38,060 nt of DNA from Pseudobacteriovorax sp. GTDB taxonomy: Bacteria; Bdellovibrionota_B; Oligoflexia; Oligoflexales; Oligoflexaceae. The translations under genes were made by a program, and so were the position numbers. Under the pieces are notes generated by a model. That model saw nothing but the letters and a program-made list of their open reading frames with translations, was not told where the DNA came from and did no database searches. The stretch is from the NCBI GenBank assembly GCA_050293845.1, contig JBNKNM010000034.1:1-38060 (forward strand). Direction: 5' to 3'. This document shows, in pieces, positions 18,416 through 27,741 of the stretch. The first letter of the stretch is position 1. Each line of letters opens with the position of its first letter.

Positions 18416-18459
18416 CGCGCTGCCTCCAAATACACACTCTTTGTCAACCTTCATTCCCA

Positions 18460-18684
18460 CTCTAGGTGAGTGCGTCTCTAGACCAACATGATTCAATCTT
18501 AGAGACGGCTTCTGCCTCCATTATGGCGGCGATCACTCGAACCCTTACAGCACATTTGGGACAACTGAAGAGGTTTAAGCCAAAGGTTCTCTTCAGTAAC
18601 TCTGCCCACGAAATATATTTGGATATCGAGGGATCATCAGATTCGACCTCAACTTCACCTTCCTTCTGGAACTCACAGAGGATA
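18460..18684 (-). mobile_element. IS91/ISCR-family transposase C-terminal remnant
   Basis: A minus-strand frame reads ..SKYISWAELLKRTFGLNLFSCPKCAVRVRVIAAIMEAEAVSKI, then after a frameshift NHVGLETHSPR. This matches the IS91-family tail WA.LLKRVF..D...CP.CG..MRVIA.I.....I.KIL.HLGL. Confidence 0.75.
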
Positions 18685-19243
18685 GAAAGCTTTGCTGGGG
18701 ACTTTTAACAAACCCACCGATAAGGGGGAGGTCGTTTAATCCTTCTGCGATCAGCTGCAAATGCCGCCTTGATCCTGCCTGATTGGCTACCATCCCACCC
18801 CAATGAAAGCCTTTATAAGAAAGAAATCCGGCTTCTGCAATCTTTATGGTGCCTGACATTCCTGATACATCTATGACGGGGATGATCGGGGCATGCAACC
18901 AGCGCGCTATTTCTGCCGTCGATCCTTCTAGCGATTGGGGAGAAGCGCCATCAAGAAATCCCATAACACCTTCAATAATGGCGATATCGGAGTGCGCCGA
19001 CTTCTCAATAAAGGTACGTTTTACAGCGTCACTCCCCATAAGCCAGCCATCGAGATTATATGCGGGACGTCCCGTTACCTGATGATGGTAGCTGGGGTCT
19101 AAGTAATCGGGACCACATTTAAACATGGATACTGTAAGACCTAAGCGTTGCAAAGCTCCCGCGATACCGATAGCTGTTGTCGTCTTACCAGCTCCGCTGT
19201 GAAGCGCTGAAATCACTATTCTAGGAATGGATGATTTGATCAT
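18685..19243 (-). pseudogene. cbiA: Cobyrinate a,c-diamide synthase, 3'-truncated
   Basis: SGAGKTT, FKCGPDYLDP and IEGVMG motifs present. Similarity stops at about 186 aa, where PERHLGL is expected. The glutamine amidotransferase half is absent and the ORF runs on into IS sequence to a stop at 18593. Confidence 0.85.
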
Positions 19244-20699
19244 AAACCTTATTCTTTATCTGAGTGTCTCTATTTAGGATAGATACTATGAAGTCCGACC
19301 ATGAAGTATGGAAATCTGTTGCCTGATGAATAGACTGAAAGCCTAAGGTTTTTGCTGCATCTGCAATGCTGGCCCCCATAGCCAAAAGGGGATAGTCTTG
19401 TATCGGGAAACCAAAGTTTAGAGCATGGCTGACCTTCAAAGCTTTTACGCTGGGGGTGATAATGAGATTAGGTGGGGGAGATACTGCGCGAAACTCCTTA
19501 TATATGGAGCAATATGTTGGAATTATTATCGCTTCATGACACATACTTGTAAGCCGTTGCTGGAGCATTGATGGCTTGTCATATTCTGTAAAATAAAACA
19601 TTTTATTAGCCATCCAGGTCCCCAATAGGGTCTTTAACCCTTCAATCTGGAAACTGCGCGTATGGAGGTCGCTAGTAATACCATATTTACTTAATGCTAC
19701 TTTAGTTTTTTCACCGAGAGTCACAATTTTAACCTCGAGTGTTCTCAGATCAATACCCGCACCAATCATAAATGAAAACCAACGATCAACAGATTCTGGA
19801 GTGGCAAAAAGCCAAGCATCGTCCTTGCTAGCAACCATGCAGGTGTCTAAGTAGCTCTTTAGTTTAGGATAGGTGCTAGTATATACAAGGGGGGCATAAA
19901 TCACATCGGCACCAAGCTCCTCTAGCTCTTCGCCTAGGCTGGACTTTCCCTCGCGCAGTCTTAAGATCATAATGCGGTGACCTTTTAAGGGTGGGGTAGG
20001 GGAGTTTGCTTTCATTTTATGCTCCAGCACATCGCCCACCAATACAATGCCAGGTTGATCCGACGGAACGGTTGCTAGAATGTTAGGCAAGCGCTCTAAT
20101 GTGCCCCCGTAGCATCTTTCTAAGGGGGTGCCAGCACTGACAACAAATGCTGCGTTGGTGGTGTTTTTGTAGCCCATGGCTATCAACTTACGGCAGTAGT
20201 TATGAATACGTAAACGGGGCATATAAACAATGCGCGTGCTCTGCTTGATGGAATAGTTGGCTTGGGGCCACTCTAAGACCACCTGTCCAGAAATACTCTT
20301 ACTGGTTAAAGGCACTCCCAGCCCTGCCGCGGCTACAAATCCGGTACTGATGCCGGGGGTGATGTTGATTTCAATGTCGCAGCTTTTTAGTGTGGAAAAT
20401 TCCTGAAAAATGCGACTGAATAGGCAAGAATCTCCTCCTTTTAACCGAATCACCATTTTACCGCGATGGGCTGCTTCAATGAGTTTTGGGTGAAGAATGG
20501 GATGCTCGGCTGTTTTGCGGTTAGCCCGGTACCCGATCGGCAGTAGCTCGGCATCTGACTTACTGAGTGCTAAGATACTAGGGTGAATCAGGTCGTCATA
20601 TGCGATGAGGTCTGCTCGTTTAATGAGTTCCATAGCTTTCAAAGCTAAGTAGTCCTTCGTACCAGGACCTGCACTCACCATATGGACGACGGGGCTCAT
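19221..20699 (-). CDS. cobA: Uroporphyrinogen-III C-methyltransferase / synthase fusion (CobA-HemD), divergent
   Basis: AGPG, YDDLI, RLKGGD, PGIST, GVPLT, then a HemD-like half (LKGHRIMI, LEELGA, GEKT..AL..YGI). Confidence 0.85.
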   Translation of the reverse strand: MSPVVHMVSAGPGTKDYLALKAMELIKRADLIAYDDLIHPSILALSKSDAELLPIGYRANRKTAEHPILHPKLIEAAHRGKMVIRLKGGDSCLFSRIFQEFSTLKSCDIEINITPGISTGFVAAAGLGVPLTSKSISGQVVLEWPQANYSIKQSTRIVYMPRLRIHNYCRKLIAMGYKNTTNAAFVVSAGTPLERCYGGTLERLPNILATVPSDQPGIVLVGDVLEHKMKANSPTPPLKGHRIMILRLREGKSSLGEELEELGADVIYAPLVYTSTYPKLKSYLDTCMVASKDDAWLFATPESVDRWFSFMIGAGIDLRTLEVKIVTLGEKTKVALSKYGITSDLHTRSFQIEGLKTLLGTWMANKMFYFTEYDKPSMLQQRLTSMCHEAIIIPTYCSIYKEFRAVSPPPNLIITPSVKALKVSHALNFGFPIQDYPLLAMGASIADAAKTLGFQSIHQATDFHTSWSDFIVSILNRDTQIKNKVYDQIIHS

Positions 20700-21466
20700 A
20701 ATTTCGCTCCATCGCTAGCTTTACGAAATTTATGGCTAAAATCTGAAGCATACAGACGAGAGTCGGGGAAATCATGGCAATCTAAGACTTTGCCAACAAT
20801 GATAATCGACTGACTGGTGATTTTGGCTTCTGTCACCAGTTTGGTAATGGTCTGTAAGGTACCGCGGATTATTTTCTGATCGGGACAACTGGCCTTATAG
20901 ATCACCGCCACGGGGCAGTCGGGACCGTAGTGGGGGCTTAATTTTCGCGATAACTTTCTGATAAGGGTGATGCTCAGAAATAGCACCAAGGTTCCTTGAA
21001 TTTTAGCTAACTTTTCAAGATCTTCCGATTCAGGAACGGGTGTCCTTCCCGCGGCACGGGAAATGATGATCGTCTGTGACGTTTCCGGCAGCGTTAGCTC
21101 TTGTTTGATGGCTGCAGCGGCAGCATTAAAAGACGAAACACCCGGAATAATTTCTGTGGGAATACCTAGTTTATCCAATCGTCTGATTTGCTCAGCAGTA
21201 GAGCCAAAAATACTAGGGTCTCCCGTATGTACTCTAGCTACAAGCTTATTTTGCCGATAGGCGTCTGCGATAATTGCTATAATTTCGTCGAGGGTCATGC
21301 TCGCTGAGTCGTAGATAACGGCATCGTCTTTGGCATTTTGCATCAGTTCTCTTGGTACTAAAGAGCCTGTATAAATGATAACATCTGCCGCAGCAATGAT
21401 TTTATGGCCTTTCATGGTAACCAGGTCAGGGTCGCCAGGGCCTGCGCCAATAATATAAACTTTCAT
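20696..21466 (-). CDS. cbiF: Cobalt-precorrin-4 C11-methyltransferase
   Basis: GAGPGDPDL, YTGSLV, RVHTGDPSIFG, ELTLPETSQT, SRLY..FSH.FR; AGGAG RBS. Confidence 0.95.
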   Translation of the reverse strand: MKVYIIGAGPGDPDLVTMKGHKIIAAADVIIYTGSLVPRELMQNAKDDAVIYDSASMTLDEIIAIIADAYRQNKLVARVHTGDPSIFGSTAEQIRRLDKLGIPTEIIPGVSSFNAAAAAIKQELTLPETSQTIIISRAAGRTPVPESEDLEKLAKIQGTLVLFLSITLIRKLSRKLSPHYGPDCPVAVIYKASCPDQKIIRGTLQTITKLVTEAKITSQSIIIVGKVLDCHDFPDSRLYASDFSHKFRKASDGAKL

Positions 21467-21592
21467 CAAATTCTCCTGGAAAACCTATCGTATTGAGTGA
21501 GGCGGTATGTCTGCTCGTCCTAAACAGCTAGCTTTTTCACTTCATTCAGAGACCCTACCTCATTTAGAGTGACTATGGGAGTGATGGACCAT

Positions 21593-22006
21593 TTAACATC
21601 TCAATACAGCATCACGCACTATATCCCAAATCACACCCGGAGATTCTATGATCCATTGGCCAGATAGAGCCTCTTGGTGATCATCCAGTTCTTCTATTAG
21701 CAATCCCCATATTCTTTCGGAAACCATATTGTTTCTGCGAATCAAGAATATATCCGACAATTTTGTTAAACTATCTTCACAGGAAACATTTTCGAGGGTA
21801 AAAATCACCGATGATTCCTCCCAGCGAATTGAGGAATCACTTTTTCTGGTGAGTCGTTCTATTTTGATTGCTTGATCTCGATCTTTATCTACGGCTTCAA
21901 AGCCAAAACTACCAAAATCACATGGATGTTTCGTATGGCCGATTAGGTAGCATTCACCCTCGTAGTCAAGCAAGATTGCACCTGCAAGTCTGCCAAATCT
22001 TATCAC
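21593..22006 (-). CDS. Hypothetical 137-aa protein within the corrin operon
   Basis: GTGA overlap with the cbiH stop; soluble-looking sequence ending WDIVRDAVLRC. Confidence 0.7.
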   Translation of the reverse strand: MIRFGRLAGAILLDYEGECYLIGHTKHPCDFGSFGFEAVDKDRDQAIKIERLTRKSDSSIRWEESSVIFTLENVSCEDSLTKLSDIFLIRRNNMVSERIWGLLIEELDDHQEALSGQWIIESPGVIWDIVRDAVLRC

Positions 22007-22851
22007 GTTAATGCCTCCTGTCTTATTAAGTCTGAGTTGATACTTCTTCCAGGTATTTGTCCTGGTTTCGCCTGTCCGTCATTTATAGAGTATTTGTTTC
22101 TATAACCACGTGGTGTCACCATATAGCCTTCATATAGGTAGGTTTGGCTTGATCCAACAATAACGGTTGTTAGCATACCAATCTCGTAGTCAAGCATTTC
22201 CTCTAGATTAGTCATGACAATATTCTGGCGAAAACGATAAGCGCTCTTGACTAACGCCACTGGTGTTTCTAATGGCCTATATTTGCCAATAATGTCTCTG
22301 GCTCTCACAATTTGTTTCTGGCGGCGGCCACTGGCCGGGTTATAGAGCCCAATGACGAAATCGCCCGCAGCGGCGGCATCAATCCGCTTTTCAATAATGT
22401 CCCATGGCGTAAGCAGGTCCGATAGGGATATCATACAAGAGTCGTGACCTAGAGGTGTCCCTACTAAAGAAGCACAGGCATTTAAAGCTGTGGCTCCGGG
22501 TATAATTTTGACTTCTGGGCTATCGCCTCGTTTCCAGCCTTGCTCCTTTAAAACTTCAAAAACCAGGGTTCCCATCCCATAAACTCCAGCATCGCCGGAG
22601 GATATCACTGTTACCACCTGGCCCTCGCGGGCGAGGTTTACCGCGTGTCTGGCTCTTTCAATCTCTTCGGTCATACCGGTTTGAATGCGCTGCTTATCTT
22701 TGATGAGAGCGCGTACTAGCAACATATAGGTACGATACCCCACCACAATTTCGGCTTCTTTAATGGCAGCAAGTGCAGCCGGGGTGATGTGGTCGTGGGC
22801 TCCAGGCCCAATGCCGACGATATTAAGGCGTCCTAATTTGTCTTCGCTCAT
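22003..22851 (-). CDS. cbiH: Cobalt-precorrin-3 C17-methyltransferase
   Basis: VGIGPG, SSGDAGVYGM, GHD...ISLSDLLTPW, LYNP.S, TPRGY. ATGA overlap with cbiG supports the start at 22851. Confidence 0.95.
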   Translation of the reverse strand: MSEDKLGRLNIVGIGPGAHDHITPAALAAIKEAEIVVGYRTYMLLVRALIKDKQRIQTGMTEEIERARHAVNLAREGQVVTVISSGDAGVYGMGTLVFEVLKEQGWKRGDSPEVKIIPGATALNACASLVGTPLGHDSCMISLSDLLTPWDIIEKRIDAAAAGDFVIGLYNPASGRRQKQIVRARDIIGKYRPLETPVALVKSAYRFRQNIVMTNLEEMLDYEIGMLTTVIVGSSQTYLYEGYMVTPRGYRNKYSINDGQAKPGQIPGRSINSDLIRQEALT

Positions 22852-23969
22852 AGGGAGGTCCTCGGAGTAAAGTTTTTTCTGCATATGGCTATGGTTATAT
22901 TTTTTTGAGCATCTGGATCATAAATTTTATGTTTTTCCACAAGGAGCTGTTCTGTACCTGACCCAAGCAGAGCTGCGGCTTCAGCGACAGAATTGGTACC
23001 AACGTATTTTTTTACTACAGCTGAAGGATTGGCGACACCAGCAGTATTATCGAGTTCGTTAGCAGTGAAGGCTTGCAGGGGAACCTGCAAAGATGATGCA
23101 AATGTTTGCAAACCCAATTCCTGAGCTTTGATATCAATAGAGGCTAATAGAGCGATACTTTTCGTGGACAACTGATACTCAGCGAAAATCATCTTCATGG
23201 CCCGCATGAGCGCAGGTTCTGGAGTTTGAGAATCGCAGCCAATACCAACAACTAAGGATTTCGGATGGTACACAATCGACTTTTTATAAACATCCGGATG
23301 GGACTTTTCTAGATTGCGATCGCTGATGATTAAATTCATCACAGGACTTAAATGAGATAAGCGCAAAGGCCCTGGGAAATATGATACTCCGGGAGGCCAC
23401 GCCTTGCCTGCTGGCCAAAAATTACTCTCCCCCGTTTCTTGATGGATGGCTACAGGCTCCTCATTCACTACCGCGGCACATCCGGGGGTAATATTATGCT
23501 CATGGTCATGGAGTACCCAACCCAGTTCGCGACCTAAAATATCGACGGTCAATGTTCCTTGAACATCGGATGCTGTGGTTATGATCGCTTCATTGTTTAA
23601 CTTGTGTGCAATGTCTACGGTAAACTCGTTAGCCTTGCCAACATGACCTGATAGTAGGGCAATGGAATACTTTCCCCTATCATCGATACAGATCACTGCG
23701 GGGTCCACCTTTTTGCTTTTTAACAGAGGAGCAATCATCCTGACTACAGCACCCACACTCACGATGAAAATATGGCATTCGTAATCTGACCAGTACTTGG
23801 CCAGTTCCTTGGAGAAAGGTTGGGGCAAGATTACGGCGCTACTGGGTAGTTGAGGAGCAAATTTTTCCAGGGAAAATAGCTCTGCATATTCCAGTTTCTG
23901 CAACAAGTCTTTGCCGATCGCAATCCCATGCTTAGTAATGGCATAAATAGCAAACTTTTTAGTTGGCAT
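22848..23969 (-). CDS. cbiG: Cobalt-precorrin-5A hydrolase
   Basis: GAVVRMIAP...K..DPAV, LLSGH.G.AN, ITTASD, VGIGC, VAEAAAL. Confidence 0.95.
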   Translation of the reverse strand: MPTKKFAIYAITKHGIAIGKDLLQKLEYAELFSLEKFAPQLPSSAVILPQPFSKELAKYWSDYECHIFIVSVGAVVRMIAPLLKSKKVDPAVICIDDRGKYSIALLSGHVGKANEFTVDIAHKLNNEAIITTASDVQGTLTVDILGRELGWVLHDHEHNITPGCAAVVNEEPVAIHQETGESNFWPAGKAWPPGVSYFPGPLRLSHLSPVMNLIISDRNLEKSHPDVYKKSIVYHPKSLVVGIGCDSQTPEPALMRAMKMIFAEYQLSTKSIALLASIDIKAQELGLQTFASSLQVPLQAFTANELDNTAGVANPSAVVKKYVGTNSVAEAAALLGSGTEQLLVEKHKIYDPDAQKNITIAICRKNFTPRTSL

Positions 23970-24714
23970 GACTGACCTTTCCTTGAAGGACACCGGATCG
24001 AAGCTTTTTGTTCACTATAATCATCGAAAAATAAACGCACTTGTCTTGCTTAAAGTCTCTTAAATTTCTCACAATTTTCTCTTCCTGACTGGTGGCTCTT
24101 TCAATATAAACCGCATGGTCTAGTAAATTTTCTTGCTCCAGAAGAGATATGACTCGGGGCAGAATAGATCCGACTTTCATCAGTACTACGGCATCAAATT
24201 CCCTAAGAATGGGTACTATTCTATCGCCATAATAGCTTGCTGGTATGACCGCTAAATTTTCTTGACCGTCAACCAAGGGAACCCCCGTGCACGAAGGAAC
24301 GGCATTGATGGAAGACACTCCAGGAATAATCTCTATGGGAATCTCAGGCCAGAACTCTTGGGCGTGGGCATAAAGGTAGATGAAGGTACTATAGACCATG
24401 GGGTCGCCTTGCGTGATAAAAGCAACGGTTTGACCCTTTATTAAGTATGTTTTAATTTCTTCAAAGGCCTGATCCCAGTGCGGTTTCAGAATCTCAGGAT
24501 CTTTGCTCATGGGAAATGTCAAAAATAATTTTTTCTGATCTGGATTATCCGGGATGTTGGTCTTTGCTATACGCCAAGCTAAAGAAGAACTCCAAGCATT
24601 GGGTCGGGGAATGGCAAGGACATCGACTATGCTAAGTACTCTCTGCGCCCTTAAAGTCATTAAATCTGGAGCTCCTGGGCCGACCCCCACACCATATAAT
24701 TTAGCTTGAGACAT
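23959..24714 (-). CDS. cbiL: Cobalt-precorrin-2 C20-methyltransferase
   Basis: LYGVGVGPG.P.LMTL, FPM, GDPMVYSTF, VLMKV, YFSM. Start may be 24714 or 24723. Confidence 0.93.
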   Translation of the reverse strand: MSQAKLYGVGVGPGAPDLMTLRAQRVLSIVDVLAIPRPNAWSSSLAWRIAKTNIPDNPDQKKLFLTFPMSKDPEILKPHWDQAFEEIKTYLIKGQTVAFITQGDPMVYSTFIYLYAHAQEFWPEIPIEIIPGVSSINAVPSCTGVPLVDGQENLAVIPASYYGDRIVPILREFDAVVLMKVGSILPRVISLLEQENLLDHAVYIERATSQEEKIVRNLRDFKQDKCVYFSMIIVNKKLRSGVLQGKVSHAN

Positions 24715-25948
24715 TATTTTCATCCTTGTTTTTACGAATGGTGAAGCAGTGAATGGGATTGAGCGCTTCATACTTTAGATATTTTTTAGCAAGGGGAACA
24801 CCGCGACTGATGTTAATCAATGATAGTTCAGGCGTGAGCTGCTTAGCCATCATCCAATCGCTTGCTTCATTTGTGGTGTTCAGGGTTACTGTATTGACGA
24901 CAAGCCTTCCTCCTGGCAGCAGCTTATCAAAACAAAGGTCCAAAATGGCACGTAAATTACCTTTGCTACCCCCTATAAATATGGCATGGGGCCGTGGTAG
25001 CTCGGATAGGGCATCCGGAGCCCTGCCGTGGATCGGAAAGTAATTGTCGACTTTGTGGTCTATCTGGTTTTGGATACAGTGTTCGATAGATTCTTCATTA
25101 AGCTCGATGCCGTAGGACTTGCCAAGGTAGGCATATTGGGCGGCCTCAATACCGACCGCTCCCGAACCTGCACCAACGTCCCAAATGATGTCGGTCTTTT
25201 GTATGGACATCTTACTGTAAACGATAGCTCGGATTTCCTGCTTGGTGATCAAACCTAATATGGGGGTTCGCTTGGCAAAGGCAGTTTCTGGCTTACACCT
25301 GTCAATAACGGGAAGGGGACCTTTTCGCTTTAGGATAACAAGGTTCAGATGGTGACAACTCTCAAGCTGGGCTGCCTCTTCCACAGAGAAACAGCGGATG
25401 CTTTCCTCAGGTCCATTAAGTTCTTCACATACCCAAAAATCCCAGGAAGTTTCATGAAAGCTCAATAGATGCTGCGCTATTTTTTGCGGCGTATTTTCAT
25501 TATCGGTAAAACAAATGAGCTTCTGACTGAACTGGAGACGACTCACTAAGCCCATCAGGGGGCGGCCATGGGCACTGTAAAAATCCGCATCCTGCCATGT
25601 AATGCCGGTTTTGGCACAGGCCCATTGCAGAGAGCTTAAATTGGGAACGATTTCCACTTGCTTCCTACCAAACTTTTTGACTAGCAGCCCTCCGACACCG
25701 AAGCATAGGGGATCACCTGATGCCAGAAATGTGACATCTCCCAATTCTAAAAGTTTGGGGATTTTTTGAATGGTAAGGCTGAGTGGTGAGGATAACGGAA
25801 TTTTTTTACCGGGAAAGTTGGAAAAAAACTCAAGAAACCTACTGCTTCCTATGAGACAGTGCGAGCGTTGCATGGCATTGAATGCTCTACTGGATAGGTC
25901 AGCGCATCCCGACTCCGAAAGACCTATGATGAATAGCTTACTACTCAT
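24701..25948 (-). CDS. cbiET: Bifunctional CbiE/CbiT (CobL-like) C5,C15-methyltransferase
   Basis: ASGDPLCFGVG, SAHGRP, ITKQEIR, WDVGAGSG.VGIE, FIGGS.G. Confidence 0.93.
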   Translation of the reverse strand: MSSKLFIIGLSESGCADLSSRAFNAMQRSHCLIGSSRFLEFFSNFPGKKIPLSSPLSLTIQKIPKLLELGDVTFLASGDPLCFGVGGLLVKKFGRKQVEIVPNLSSLQWACAKTGITWQDADFYSAHGRPLMGLVSRLQFSQKLICFTDNENTPQKIAQHLLSFHETSWDFWVCEELNGPEESIRCFSVEEAAQLESCHHLNLVILKRKGPLPVIDRCKPETAFAKRTPILGLITKQEIRAIVYSKMSIQKTDIIWDVGAGSGAVGIEAAQYAYLGKSYGIELNEESIEHCIQNQIDHKVDNYFPIHGRAPDALSELPRPHAIFIGGSKGNLRAILDLCFDKLLPGGRLVVNTVTLNTTNEASDWMMAKQLTPELSLINISRGVPLAKKYLKYEALNPIHCFTIRKNKDENNVSS

Positions 25949-26595
25949 AGTGACTCACGATCAGAGGCAATGTAAAACAAAGCATGTACGATAGCCACAC
26001 CGATGGTACTACCTCCCTTCCTGCCCTTTGTGATGATATAGGGAGTTTTGCCCTGTTCTGTTTGATCTTTTGATTCCTCAGCAGATACGAAGCCAACGGG
26101 AACTCCGATGATCAAGGCTGGATGAATCAAATTGTTTTCAACCATTTTTAGAACTTCTAATAGAGCTGTGGGAGCGTTGCCAACGACGATGATACTGCCA
26201 TCTAATAAGCCCCGTGAATGAGCTTTTTTCATAGCAGCAGTGGCCCGGGTAGAATTCACTTTTTTAGCGGAGGCGATAACATCCTCATCACTGATAAAAC
26301 AATGGGAGCGACAGCCATATTGTTGTAACCTTGACTGACTCAATCCAATACGAATCATGTCAACATCGGTTATAATATTGCATCCTGACTGAAGAGCTTT
26401 AACTCCAGCGTCAATAGCTTCCCTGTGAATGCGTGCCAGATGATTAAATTCAAAGTCTGCTGTTGAATGTATAATTCGCCTTACGACTTGCCATTCCTCA
26501 GTTCCCCATTGATGTTCTTGCACTTCTTCATCGATAATGGCAAAACTTCCCTTTTCGATGTCGCGGCCCATGGGGGTCATTTGTCTCATATCCAT
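25945..26595 (-). CDS. cbiC: Cobalt-precorrin-8 methylmutase
   Basis: IE..SF, RRIIHSTADF, GNAPTAL, GVPVGFVSA.ESK, GRKGGS. Confidence 0.96.
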   Translation of the reverse strand: MDMRQMTPMGRDIEKGSFAIIDEEVQEHQWGTEEWQVVRRIIHSTADFEFNHLARIHREAIDAGVKALQSGCNIITDVDMIRIGLSQSRLQQYGCRSHCFISDEDVIASAKKVNSTRATAAMKKAHSRGLLDGSIIVVGNAPTALLEVLKMVENNLIHPALIIGVPVGFVSAEESKDQTEQGKTPYIITKGRKGGSTIGVAIVHALFYIASDRESL

Positions 26596-26610
26596 AGCAT
26601 GGTCCTCATG

Positions 26611-27738
26611 TTAATCATTGTTATGCTTCCATTGATAATCGCCAATAACGTCACCACTAAAAGAGACCATAGTGACACGACAATGGAGAGGTAATTTTGC
26701 GAACTTTACACAACGCTGAGCTACAACCTCACAAATTTTTTGGGGCATACTGGTAATTTCGTTTTGTTCACAAATTTCTAAAACATGTCTCGCCGTATTA
26801 GCTTTTTCGATTTGGGCAGAGATCTCTTTAGAAGCGCCACAGCTTAGAGCCAGGCCAGCCAGCATTGACATGTTGACTTCGCTTGCCGATGCATGGGTCA
26901 TCATTCGTCCATCGGCGATTTTGGACAACTTACCCATCATAGCTACGATGTGAATACCCTGTAACTTCTGACGTACTGTATTACGAATCGCAATACCGAT
27001 ATAGTCACCGACTTGGATAAAGGCAGCTTGATCTAAGGTCGGACAAATCTTCATCGCCGCCTGCTCGGAACGCCCCCCTGTGGTAAAAACAAGGAGCTGT
27101 TCGCCCGTGTGGGCCGCTAATGAGATACTTTGCACAATACTGGCGATAAAGGCCGATGTGGAATAGGGCAGTACGACTCCCGTAGTACCGAGGATCGAGA
27201 TCCCCCCCAAGAGACCCAAGCGTTCATTAATGGTTTTTTTAGCTCTCTCCATACCATCGGGAACTGAAATTTCTACTTTGGCTCCCGTGAAGGGGGAAGA
27301 AAGCATTTCTTCCGCAAGCATCTCGGCGATGTTTTTGCGAGGTACAGGATTAATGGCAGAAGTACCCACACCAAGACCTAAACCTGGTTTAGTTACGGTG
27401 GCAACTCCAATACCACCCGAAATTTCGATAACTGCGCTATGGTTTAACTCTACCTTAGCAATGATTTCAGCACCATGGGTACAGTCAGGATCGTCCCCCC
27501 CATCCTTAATCACAACTGCAGAAGCTTCACATTCACTATGAAGCTCTGCTGTTACAATCTGAAAATTTACCAAAGTTCCATTGGGTATGCATATCATCAC
27601 CAATTGAGGCCGCTGCTGGGAAATGACAAAGCGAGCCGCTGCCCTTGCTGCTGCGGCAGCACAGGCTCCCGTTGTGTAACCAGTCCGCATGCCCTGTTTA
27701 GGACCTTGGTTGTTGATGGGGGACTCTCTTTTCATCAT
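26611..27738 (-). CDS. cbiD: Cobalt-precorrin-5B C1-methyltransferase
   Basis: RTGYTTGACA, KDGGDDPDCTHG, AINPVPR, GGISILGTTG. Confidence 0.97.
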   Translation of the reverse strand: MMKRESPINNQGPKQGMRTGYTTGACAAAAARAAARFVISQQRPQLVMICIPNGTLVNFQIVTAELHSECEASAVVIKDGGDDPDCTHGAEIIAKVELNHSAVIEISGGIGVATVTKPGLGLGVGTSAINPVPRKNIAEMLAEEMLSSPFTGAKVEISVPDGMERAKKTINERLGLLGGISILGTTGVVLPYSTSAFIASIVQSISLAAHTGEQLLVFTTGGRSEQAAMKICPTLDQAAFIQVGDYIGIAIRNTVRQKLQGIHIVAMMGKLSKIADGRMMTHASASEVNMSMLAGLALSCGASKEISAQIEKANTARHVLEICEQNEITSMPQKICEVVAQRCVKFAKLPLHCRVTMVSFSGDVIGDYQWKHNND

Positions 27739-27741
27739 GTC

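Noticed and set aside
18416..18437. GTG start at 18437 for the regulator (MCIWRQ...)
   Set aside because: No good RBS, and it overlaps the GGAGG that serves ATG 18415.
18442..18447. TTGACA (minus strand) as a -35 box
   Set aside because: A properly spaced -10 would fall on the RBS and there is no match there.
18438..18684. Simple frameshift continuation of cbiA
   Set aside because: I found no PERHLGL or glutaminase motifs here, the space is too short, and the sequence is IS91-like.
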